From the NCBI GenBank assembly GCA_963795085.1, contig CAWCFX010000006.1, positions 736,001 to 800,000 on the forward strand: 64,000 nt of DNA. Direction: 5' to 3'. Numbering within the stretch: position 1 is the first letter of the stretch; the number at the start of each line of letters is the position of its first letter. The notes under the pieces were generated by a model that saw only the letters and a list, made by a program, of their open reading frames with translations, was not told the origin of the DNA and did not search any database. The translations under genes and the position numbers were made by a program. This DNA is from an uncultured Gemmatimonadales bacterium (lineage in GTDB: Bacteria > Gemmatimonadota > Gemmatimonadetes > Gemmatimonadales > GWC2-71-9). Of this stretch, positions 17,916-25,998 are shown one piece after another.

Positions 17916-18415
17916 TCGCCGGCCGCCTCGAGGGTGACGTCGAAGACCAGCGTCGCATTGGGCGGAATCCCGGCGCCGGGGCTCTCGTTGCCGTAGGCGA
18001 GCGAGGGCCGGATCACCAGCAGCCGGCGGCCGCCGACCCGCATGCCGGCGATGCCTTCATCCCACCCGGAGATGACCTGCCCGGTGCCGAGCACGAAGCG
18101 AATCGGGTCTCCCGCACCGCTCTGGTCGAACACCTGGCCGTTGGCCAGCGTGCCGACATACCCCACGCTCACCGATTTGCCTTTTTCGGCCAGCGCCCCG
18201 GTGCCCGGCTGGCGGTCCTGGTAGTAGAGACCGGACGAGGTCCGGGTCATCTTATCGAGATCCACCCGAAGTTCGGGCGAGTAGGTGAGGGTCTCGGGCT
18301 CGCCGGCCAGCGGCTTTGCCCCCTGCTTGCGAAGAGAATCCATGGAGCAACCGGTGCTGGGCAGCGCGAGCGCCGCGATGAGGAGGAAAAGGCGGGAAGG
18401 GATCATGGCGGGCAT
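17912..18415 (-). CDS. FKBP-type peptidyl-prolyl isomerase (tandem paralog)
   Basis: VISGWDEGIAGMRVGG, IPPNATLVFDV; 4-nt overlap with the paralog. Confidence 0.95.
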   Translation of the reverse strand: MPAMIPSRLFLLIAALALPSTGCSMDSLRKQGAKPLAGEPETLTYSPELRVDLDKMTRTSSGLYYQDRQPGTGALAEKGKSVSVGYVGTLANGQVFDQSGAGDPIRFVLGTGQVISGWDEGIAGMRVGGRRLLVIRPSLAYGNESPGAGIPPNATLVFDVTLEAAGE

Positions 18416-18450
18416 TATAATCGCGGAACACCGGGGGCCAAACCAGCAAA

Positions 18451-18763
18451 GGGGGCAAGGGGTCAGTGGGACAGTGGGTCAGGGGGTCAGTGGGACAGTG
18501 GGTCAGGGGGTGGGGTCAGTGGGACACAACAGTGGGTCAGGGGGTCAGGGGGACACAAACAGTGGGTCAGGGGGTCAGTGGGACACAACAGTGGGTCAGG
18601 GGGTCAGGGGGACACAAACAGTGGGTCAGGGGGTCAGTGGGACACAACAGTGGGTCAGGGGGTCAGTGGGACACAACCGTGGGTCAGTGGGTCAGGGGCG
18701 TCAGGGGACGCACGGGAGCCTGGACCCACTGTCCCACTGTCCCACTGTCCCACTGTCCCACTG
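18451..18763. repeat. Octamer element R7
   Basis: G-arm, core GACGCACGGGAGCCTGGACCCAC 18707-18729, C-arm. Confidence 0.95.
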
Positions 18764-18801
18764 CCGCAAGCCCCCAGCCCTCTCCATTATACTCCCCCAC
18801 C

Positions 18802-20073
18802 ATGCCGCCCAAGCTGCCTCCCCACGTCACCGGCGAACACCCGCTGGTGGGCGCGCTCCCGCCCAACCCCGGCGAGCGGGACGCCATCGGGTTCCTGCTC
18901 CGGCTCGGACGCGCGCTCCACAGCTACGGTTACGCCGCCCACCGGCTGGAACAGGTGCTCGACCAGGCCTCTCAGCGGCTCGACCTCGAGGGGCAGTTCT
19001 TCTCCACGCCGACCTCGATCTTCGCGTCGTTCGGCCCCCAGGAAGATCAGCGCACCTTTCTCATCCGGGTCGAGCCCGGCGGCGTCGACCTGGGCCGCCT
19101 TGCCCAGCTCGACGCGGTGACCCTCCGCGTCCTCCATGGCGGGATCACCGCGGCCGAGGGTTCGGTCGAGATCGACCAGATCCTGGAATCCAAGGCTCTC
19201 TACAGCCGGCTGGTCACCACGCTTGCCTTCGGGCTCGCCTCGGCGGCGGCCTCCCGCTTCCTCGGCGGCGGGCTCACGGAAATCGTGGTGTCCGGCGGCA
19301 TCGGCCTGTTGATCGGGCTGCTCGCCCTCGCCTCCGGCAAGCTGTCCCAGCTGGGCCGGGTGTTCGAGCCGGTCGCCGCCTTCGCCGCGTCGCTGATCGC
19401 CGCATCCATCGGCCACTGGATCGGCCCCTTCTCGGTCTATAACGCCACCCTGGCGGGTCTCATCGTGCTGATTCCCGGGTTCACCCTCACGGTGGCGATG
19501 ACCGAGCTGTCCACCCGCCACCTCGTCTCCGGCACGGCCCGGCTGACCGGCGCGTTCGTGCTCTTCCTGACCATCGCCTTCGGAGTGGCGCTCGGTTCCA
19601 GGATTTCATCCGAACTGGTGGGGTCGCCCCTCATCGCGGAGCCCATCGGGCTGCCGGGGTGGACGGAAGTGGTCGCCCTGGTGGCGGCGCCGATCGCCTT
19701 CACGGTGCTGCTCCGGGCCCAGGCCAGGGACGCGGTGTGGATCGTGATCGCCGGGGCCCTGGGTGTCATCGGAGGGCGTTTCGGCGCGAACGCCCTGGGA
19801 TTGGAACTGGGAGTGTTCGTCGGGGCCCTGCTGGTGGGAACCGCCAGTAACCTCTATTCGCGCATCCTCAACCGCCCGGCCTCGGTGACCCTGGTGCCGG
19901 GCATTCTGCTGCTGGTCCCCGGCAGCATCGGGTTCCGCAGCCTCGCCTCGCTGCTGGACCGGGAAGTGGTCCTCGGCGTGGAGACCGCCTTCCGGATGAT
20001 CCTGATGGCGGTGGCCCTGGTGGCCGGCATCCTGGTCTCCAACATCGTGGCACCGCCCCGGCGAACCCTCTGA
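18802..20073 (+). CDS. Threonine/serine exporter family (ThrE) protein
   Basis: 423 aa; RLGRALHSYG..AHRLE, LIPGFTLT..EL, LLVPGSIGF; about 10 TM segments. Confidence 0.9.
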   Translation: MPPKLPPHVTGEHPLVGALPPNPGERDAIGFLLRLGRALHSYGYAAHRLEQVLDQASQRLDLEGQFFSTPTSIFASFGPQEDQRTFLIRVEPGGVDLGRLAQLDAVTLRVLHGGITAAEGSVEIDQILESKALYSRLVTTLAFGLASAAASRFLGGGLTEIVVSGGIGLLIGLLALASGKLSQLGRVFEPVAAFAASLIAASIGHWIGPFSVYNATLAGLIVLIPGFTLTVAMTELSTRHLVSGTARLTGAFVLFLTIAFGVALGSRISSELVGSPLIAEPIGLPGWTEVVALVAAPIAFTVLLRAQARDAVWIVIAGALGVIGGRFGANALGLELGVFVGALLVGTASNLYSRILNRPASVTLVPGILLLVPGSIGFRSLASLLDREVVLGVETAFRMILMAVALVAGILVSNIVAPPRRTL

Positions 20074-20083
20074 GCTTCCGCCG

Positions 20084-21646
20084 CTAGCCGCGGGGGACGG
20101 CGGCGAGGGCCAGGAGATCCTTCTGGGTGCGGCCCTGGCGAATCAGTTCCAGCGCCCGGTTGAGCTGGGCATCATCGGCCACGCTCCGCTTCCGCGCGGT
20201 CGAGTCGCCAAAGGCGAGCACCGCCACCTTGTTGCCGATCAGCCGGTCCACGTAGGAGCGGCCGGCATCGAACTGGGCCCGGTCCAGCGACACGCCCCGG
20301 GCCTCCAGCCCGCGATAGAACTCTTCGCCCCACGCGGGCTCGACCACGAAGTCGGGACGAACCTGGTTCTTGAGGCGGGCGGCGACATCGTACAGCGCGA
20401 GGTAGGCGTCCTGGGAGCGCGGCGCCAGCGCCTTGGCCAGCTCCGCCTCGGCGGTCGTCATGGTGTCGGGCCGCACCAGCAGGTCCGGCGTGATCGCCCC
20501 GCCGCCATACACCACCCTGCCGCCATCGGATTGGAAACTGGGCCGGGCGCGGATCGAGTCTTCGGTTTCCGCGGCATCCCGGTGGGCCGCGCCCACGTCC
20601 CGGTCGGCCCGCTGGATCGACCGCCCGCTCGGCGTGAACCACTTGCCCGTCGTCAGCTTCATGACCCAGCCGCCGTCCAGCGGAAACACGGTCTGGACCA
20701 GGCCCTTGCCGAAGCTGGTGGTGCCGAGGATCAGGGCGCGGTCGTGGTCCTGCAGGGCGCCGGCGACGATCTCGGTGGCCGAGGCGGAGTAGCCGTCGGT
20801 CAGGATGACCAGCGGCAGCGTCGGCGCGATCGGCTCCCTGGTGGCGTGATAGCGCTCGGCGGTGCCTTCCCGGTCGCGCACGCTGTAGATCTCCATGCCC
20901 CTGGGCAGAAAGAAGTTGGTGATGGCCAGGGCCTGGTCGGTGTAGCCGCCGCCGTTGCCGCGGAAATCCAGGATGAGCGACTTCATGCCGCTCCGGAGCA
21001 GCCGCTCCAGCGCGACCCGGACCTCCGCCGTGGAGTTTTCGCTGAACTGCTGCAGGGGGATATACCCGGTGCCCTGGTCCAGCATCATGGCGTAGGGCAC
21101 CGAGGGGATCCGGACGATGGCACGGGTGAGCCGCACCTGGATCGGCGTATCCACTCCGGGCCGCGCGAAGTCCACCAGCACCGGGGTGCCTGGCTGGCCC
21201 TTGAGCGAGCCGGTCACATTGATGAAGGGCCAGCCTCTCGTCGGCTTGCCGTCAATGGCCACCACCATGTCTCCCGGCTGCACCCCGGCGCCCTCGCCCG
21301 GCGTGTCGGGAAAGACCCGGCTGACGGTGAACCGGCCCTCGTGGTCCTCGATCAGGAGCCCGATGCCGCCGTAGCGGCCCGCGGTGCCCACGGTGAACTG
21401 TTCCATCTCTTCGGGCGAGACCAGCGCGGCGTAGGGATCGTCCAGCTCGCTCAGCAGCCCCCGGGCCGCCCGGATGTACAGCTCATCCGTCCCCAGCGTA
21501 TCCACGAACCGGCTGGAGACCATTCCGAACACGCTGTCGAAGAGCCGGGCGGACTGCCGGTCGGCCTGGTGCTGGAGCGCAAAGGCCCCAATGCCGAGGG
21601 GAAGGCTCAACACCAGGACCAGGGAGAGTTTGCGGAATCGTGACAT
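20084..21646 (-). CDS. S41 family C-terminal processing peptidase (CtpA/Prc-like)
   Basis: LDDPY, PDZ domain, LDFRGNGGG, SASATEIVAGALQD, FGKGLVQ. Confidence 0.95.
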   Translation of the reverse strand: MSRFRKLSLVLVLSLPLGIGAFALQHQADRQSARLFDSVFGMVSSRFVDTLGTDELYIRAARGLLSELDDPYAALVSPEEMEQFTVGTAGRYGGIGLLIEDHEGRFTVSRVFPDTPGEGAGVQPGDMVVAIDGKPTRGWPFINVTGSLKGQPGTPVLVDFARPGVDTPIQVRLTRAIVRIPSVPYAMMLDQGTGYIPLQQFSENSTAEVRVALERLLRSGMKSLILDFRGNGGGYTDQALAITNFFLPRGMEIYSVRDREGTAERYHATREPIAPTLPLVILTDGYSASATEIVAGALQDHDRALILGTTSFGKGLVQTVFPLDGGWVMKLTTGKWFTPSGRSIQRADRDVGAAHRDAAETEDSIRARPSFQSDGGRVVYGGGAITPDLLVRPDTMTTAEAELAKALAPRSQDAYLALYDVAARLKNQVRPDFVVEPAWGEEFYRGLEARGVSLDRAQFDAGRSYVDRLIGNKVAVLAFGDSTARKRSVADDAQLNRALELIRQGRTQKDLLALAAVPRG

Positions 21647-21793
21647 GGATGAGCCTTGCCTCTGCGTAGGGTGGCGGCCACGGGGTGACGGACCGGCCTG
21701 ATTCAAGGGTCTACGAAAAAGAACGATAACGAGTTACACGCCTTTTTCCGGCGGCGGCACTCCCCTCGGGGACCCCGCCGGACGCATATTCCC

Positions 21794-23452
21794 ATGCGGG
21801 AGGTTTTCCCTGAACAGACTTCGAGGCCCGCATTGAGACTCTCGCGCCGGTTCTGCCTGGTGGCCCTGGTGCTCGTAGTGCCCCGCGCCGCCGCCGCCCA
21901 GGGACTGGAACCCACGTCCCACCCGGTCCTGGACCACGCGTCCCGTTCCTTCTGGGAAGCGGGGAGCGAAAAGGATGCCGAGTCCGCCGCGGCCCAGCTG
22001 GCCGCCGCGGGGGCGGAGCCTGAAGTGGCGTGGCGGGTGCTCTCCCGGGGCCGCGTGTATTCGGCCCGGGTAGGAAAGGGACGCCTGAACCTGGAGCATC
22101 AGACACCGGACGGCCGCAAGCACCGGTACACGCTGGTCGTTCCAGCCGGGTACAACCCCGCCGTCCCGATGCCGCTGCGGATCTATCTCCACGGCGGCGT
22201 GGACACCGAGGACCGCAACAGCGCCCGCCTCTGGGATTTCGACCGGTTCCACGCCGGCGACGGGCTGGCGCTCTATCCCAGCGCCTGGCGCGGCTCCATG
22301 TGGTGGACCGGGGGCCAGCTGGAGAACCTCGCCGGCATACTCGCGAACCTCAAGCGCACCTACAACATTGACGAGAACCGCATCCACGTCATCGGCGTGT
22401 CGGACGGGGGCACCGGGGCGTTTTTCCTGGCGTTCAAGCGCCCGACCCCGTTCGCCGGGTTCGTTTCGCTGATCGGGCACGGCGGCGCGCTCGCCAATCC
22501 GCGGCTGGGCGCCGCCGGTCCCTTCTTCGTCACCAACCTGCGCAATTCGCCATTTTTTGCCGTGAACGGCGCGCTGGACCCGCTCTTTCCGGTGCGCGAA
22601 GTGGCGCCCTACGTGGCGCTCTACCGGCAGGCGGGCGTCAACTTCGCCTTCCGGCCCCGGGCCGCGGCGGGCCACGACCTCCGCTGGTGGCCAGAAGCAG
22701 AGCCGGCGGTGGACAGCTTCATTCGCGCCCACCCGCGGCGGCCGTTCCCGGATACCATCAGTTGGGAGACCAGCGACCCCGAGACATCGGGCCGGGCGTG
22801 GTGGCTCAGGATTGACGAGCTGGGGACCGTCGCCGGCGAGTCTCCCCTGCCCGCCCTGGACAGTATCGTCCCGCTCCGCCCGGAACCGAGCCTCGGGGTG
22901 CGGGCCGATCCCGGCAGTACCCAGGGGGTACGCCTGCTGGCGGTGCTGCTGGGATCCATGGCGGGGGAGGCCGGTCTGCAGGCGGGAGACCGCATCGTGG
23001 AGGCGAACGGCATCCCCACGCCCACGGTGCCCGCGCTGCTCCAGGCCAGCCAGGGCCTGACATGGGGAGACACGCTGGTGCTCATCATAGACCGGGAGGG
23101 AACCGCGCGGCGCATCCGGGTGCTCTTCGGCCCCTCGCCCCCCGCCGTGCAGGCGCCGGTGCTGGCGTTCCCGCATCCGCTGCCGAGCGGCCGGGTGGAC
23201 GTCGTCGCCACGGGCAACCGCATCGAGGCGCGCACCCGCGGAGTGCGGCGGTTCACGCTGTTGCTGTCCCCCTCCCAGTTCAACCTCGACGCACCGGTGA
23301 CGGTGGTCGCCAACGGCCAGACCGTCTTCGAGGGGCGGGTCGCCCGGTCGGCCGAGACCCTGGTGCGCTGGGCGCTCCAGGACCGCGACCGGGCCATGCT
23401 CTATCTCGCCGAACTGCCCATCGAACTCCACTCCTCGCGCAGCAGTCCATAG
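21794..23452 (+). CDS. Secreted alpha/beta hydrolase (esterase-like) with an inserted PDZ domain
   Basis: YLHGG, IDENRIHVIGVSDGG, GHD; PDZ-like AGLQAGDRIVEANG. Confidence 0.8.
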   Translation: MREVFPEQTSRPALRLSRRFCLVALVLVVPRAAAAQGLEPTSHPVLDHASRSFWEAGSEKDAESAAAQLAAAGAEPEVAWRVLSRGRVYSARVGKGRLNLEHQTPDGRKHRYTLVVPAGYNPAVPMPLRIYLHGGVDTEDRNSARLWDFDRFHAGDGLALYPSAWRGSMWWTGGQLENLAGILANLKRTYNIDENRIHVIGVSDGGTGAFFLAFKRPTPFAGFVSLIGHGGALANPRLGAAGPFFVTNLRNSPFFAVNGALDPLFPVREVAPYVALYRQAGVNFAFRPRAAAGHDLRWWPEAEPAVDSFIRAHPRRPFPDTISWETSDPETSGRAWWLRIDELGTVAGESPLPALDSIVPLRPEPSLGVRADPGSTQGVRLLAVLLGSMAGEAGLQAGDRIVEANGIPTPTVPALLQASQGLTWGDTLVLIIDREGTARRIRVLFGPSPPAVQAPVLAFPHPLPSGRVDVVATGNRIEARTRGVRRFTLLLSPSQFNLDAPVTVVANGQTVFEGRVARSAETLVRWALQDRDRAMLYLAELPIELHSSRSSP

Positions 23453-23962
23453 ACCACCACGTCGTGGAACATGCCGTCCTTCCGGAAGTGCTGCCGGAGG
23501 ACGCCTTCCTGCCGCATCCCTGCCTTCCGAAGCACCCGGCCCGACGCCGGGTTGCCGATCATGTGGTGGGCGTACACCCGGTGGAGCCCGCGGCCGGTGA
23601 AGGCATACTGGACCATGGCGCCCGCTGCCTCGCTCGCGAAGCCCTGGCCCCAGTAGGGCCGGCCGATCCAGTAGCCCAGCTCTCCCCGGTTGCTCGCGGC
23701 GGTAAAGCGGAGCGCCGCCGCGCCAATCAGCAGCCCGGCCTGACGGAGCACCACGCCGAAGGTGGCCGCCTCCTCCCGGTCGAAGGCGACCGCCAGTGTG
23801 CTGATCCAGGTGGCGGCCAGGCCGTCCGGATAGGGATGGGGAATGCTGAGGGTGGTGGCGGCGACTTCAGCGCTCGCTCACCAATGTGTGGATCTGGCCG
23901 GCGTCCTCGGCCACGAGCGGCCGGAGGACGAGGCGGGGAGTTTCCAGGGTCGGTTGGGGCAT
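23401..23962 (-). pseudogene. RimJ/RimL-type GNAT acetyltransferase interrupted by a frameshift (real or sequencing error)
   Basis: MPQPTLETPRLVLRPL...VSER* (TGA at 23869-23867); continues in another frame as EVAATTLSIPHPYPDG...GELGYWIGRPYWGQGFASEA...NPASGRVLRKAGM. Confidence 0.8.
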
Positions 23963-23970
23963 GCCCAAAC

Positions 23971-24579
23971 TCAGGGCCGGCGGACCGCCTCGACGGCGAG
24001 TTCGATCTCGACCTCGTCGCCCAGCATGACCCCGCCGCCTTCCACCACCCGGTTCCAGGTGACACCGTACGCGGTCCGGTCAATCCGGGTACTCGCCTCG
24101 AAGCCAACCCGGGCGCGGCCCTGCCCCGCCGCGGCGGACCCCAGGAAGCGTCCCTCCAGCACTACCGGGCGGGTGACCCCGCGCATGGTGAGGTCTCCGG
24201 TGATCCGGAGCCGGGTCCCGTCCACTTCGACCGCGGTGCTCTTGAAGGTGATGGTCGGGTGGTTGGCCGCATCGAAGAAGTTGTCGGAACGTAGATCGTT
24301 GTCCCGCCGCTCGTGCCCGGTGTCAATGCTGCCGGTCTGGATGGTGACGTTCACCTGGGCGGTGCGCCAGTCGGTCGAGTCGCCAGTGATGGTGCCTTCC
24401 CACTGGTTGAAGGTGCCCCGCACCCGGCTCATGAAGTGGCGGATCCGGAACGAGACGTCGGAATGCCCCGCGTCGATCTGCCACACCGGCGGGGTGGTGT
24501 CGGCCGCCAGGGCCGCCGAAGGCTGGCTGGCCTGCTGGGGAACCAGGAGCAGGGCGAGAAGGGTGGGAACCAGTGACAT
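23971..24579 (-). CDS. YceI family lipid/polyisoprenoid-binding protein
   Basis: WQIDAGHSDVSFRIRH, SIDTGHERRDNDLRSDNFFDA, GDLTMRGVTRPV. Confidence 0.93.
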   Translation of the reverse strand: MSLVPTLLALLLVPQQASQPSAALAADTTPPVWQIDAGHSDVSFRIRHFMSRVRGTFNQWEGTITGDSTDWRTAQVNVTIQTGSIDTGHERRDNDLRSDNFFDAANHPTITFKSTAVEVDGTRLRITGDLTMRGVTRPVVLEGRFLGSAAAGQGRARVGFEASTRIDRTAYGVTWNRVVEGGGVMLGDEVEIELAVEAVRRP

Positions 24580-24851
24580 CGGGCGCGCTCCGGGCGGATA
24601 CGGTAATGAGGGGGCGAACCCCGGCGATGCGATGAATACGGGGGGAACGGCCAAATCGTTGCAAGACCCTGTCCCACGCTGGTTTACCGGCATCCACCCG
24701 GCCTTGCGACATATCCGGTCATTGACGGAGGCGGGACCGGCTGTTAAGTGAAGGAGGTCTGTGGGCCGCCTCACGGCGCCCGGGTCGGGGTTCCCCTAGC
24801 ATGGGAGGTCAGGACCAGCGGACATCGGCACACGCGACGAACGGCAGGGAC

Positions 24852-25904
24852 ATGATGGGACACATCAGCGACCGGACACTGGACAACCTGCTCGACGGGA
24901 CCATTGATGACGCGAGCGAGCTCGCCATCGAGGAACACGTCCGGCGCTGCGACCGGTGCGCCCACCGCCTGCGCGAATGGGAGTTGCTGTTTCCCCAGAT
25001 CAAGAGCCTGATCCCGACCGGCGAGCACCCGGTGGTCACACCCGAGGCGGCGGCCGCACCTCCGCCCCCCAGCGTCGTGGTGCAGGACTGGAATCCTCCG
25101 CGCGCCCCGCGCCACCTCCCGGCCAACCTGGCCTGGGTGCTGGTGGCCATCCTCGCGGCCGGGGCAGGCTGGCTTCTCTACCAGGAAACCAGGGACCGGA
25201 CACCCACGGTCGCCTACCTGCCGGAGCCGTTCGACCAGGGAGAGGTGCCGGGGAGCGGTGAGACCGCCGGGCTGGGCAGCGGTATCGCCACCCCGCCCGC
25301 GCCGGAAGTGGTGCCGGTGGTTATCCGGGACAGCGTTCCTTCCCAGCCGCTCCGCGGTGCGGCACCGCCAGCCTCCCGCGAGCCGGCCCCGCGGGAAACC
25401 CAATCGGCCGCGGCCACCAGCCCCCCGCCGGCAGAGCAGGATGTCCGGCGCCCCAGCCCTGCCCGGGAGACGGCCTCCACGTTCCCCGTCCGGACCGAAT
25501 CGCCGCGGGCCCAAACCGAATCGCCCAAGAGCGATGCGGAATCACCGCTGCCGGAGCAGTTCCAGCGGGTGACGCTCGGTGACGCCCTCAACCGGATGTC
25601 GGGGACCGTGCGGCTGATCTCGGGGTTGACCCCCATGGCCGTGGAGATTGCCCAGGGCAGCGCGCTGCCCGGCGCCGATCCGTCCAAGGCGGTGGTGCGG
25701 ATTGTCTATAACGCCCCCGAGGGCCGCCTGATCATGGACCAGCAGCGGGTCGGCGGCGGCCGCCGGGAACCCAGTATCGCCATCAGCACCGCGGCCAACG
25801 GCGTGAGCGTCGCGCAGTGGGTGGACCGCGGCGGCTACTGGATCTCCCTCGCCGGCCGGGCCGACCGGGAAACCCTGCTTTCGATCGCCAACCGGGTACA
25901 GTAG
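24852..25904 (+). CDS. zf-HC2 (anti-sigma-like) membrane protein
   Basis: HVRRCDRC zinc motif, one TM segment, Pro-rich linker, C-terminal domain. Confidence 0.78.
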   Translation: MMGHISDRTLDNLLDGTIDDASELAIEEHVRRCDRCAHRLREWELLFPQIKSLIPTGEHPVVTPEAAAAPPPPSVVVQDWNPPRAPRHLPANLAWVLVAILAAGAGWLLYQETRDRTPTVAYLPEPFDQGEVPGSGETAGLGSGIATPPAPEVVPVVIRDSVPSQPLRGAAPPASREPAPRETQSAAATSPPPAEQDVRRPSPARETASTFPVRTESPRAQTESPKSDAESPLPEQFQRVTLGDALNRMSGTVRLISGLTPMAVEIAQGSALPGADPSKAVVRIVYNAPEGRLIMDQQRVGGGRREPSIAISTAANGVSVAQWVDRGGYWISLAGRADRETLLSIANRVQ

Positions 25905-25907
25905 AAA

Positions 25908-25996
25908 AGTGCAGAGTGCAGAGTGCAGAGGGCTCTGCACTCTGAACTCTGCACTCTGCACTCTGCACTCTTTCTGCACTCTGCACTCTGCACTCT
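25908..25996. repeat. Inverted heptamer array (AGTGCAG)n-GG-(CTCTGCA)n between convergent genes
   Basis: Directly visible. Confidence 0.92.
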
Positions 25997-25998
25997 CT

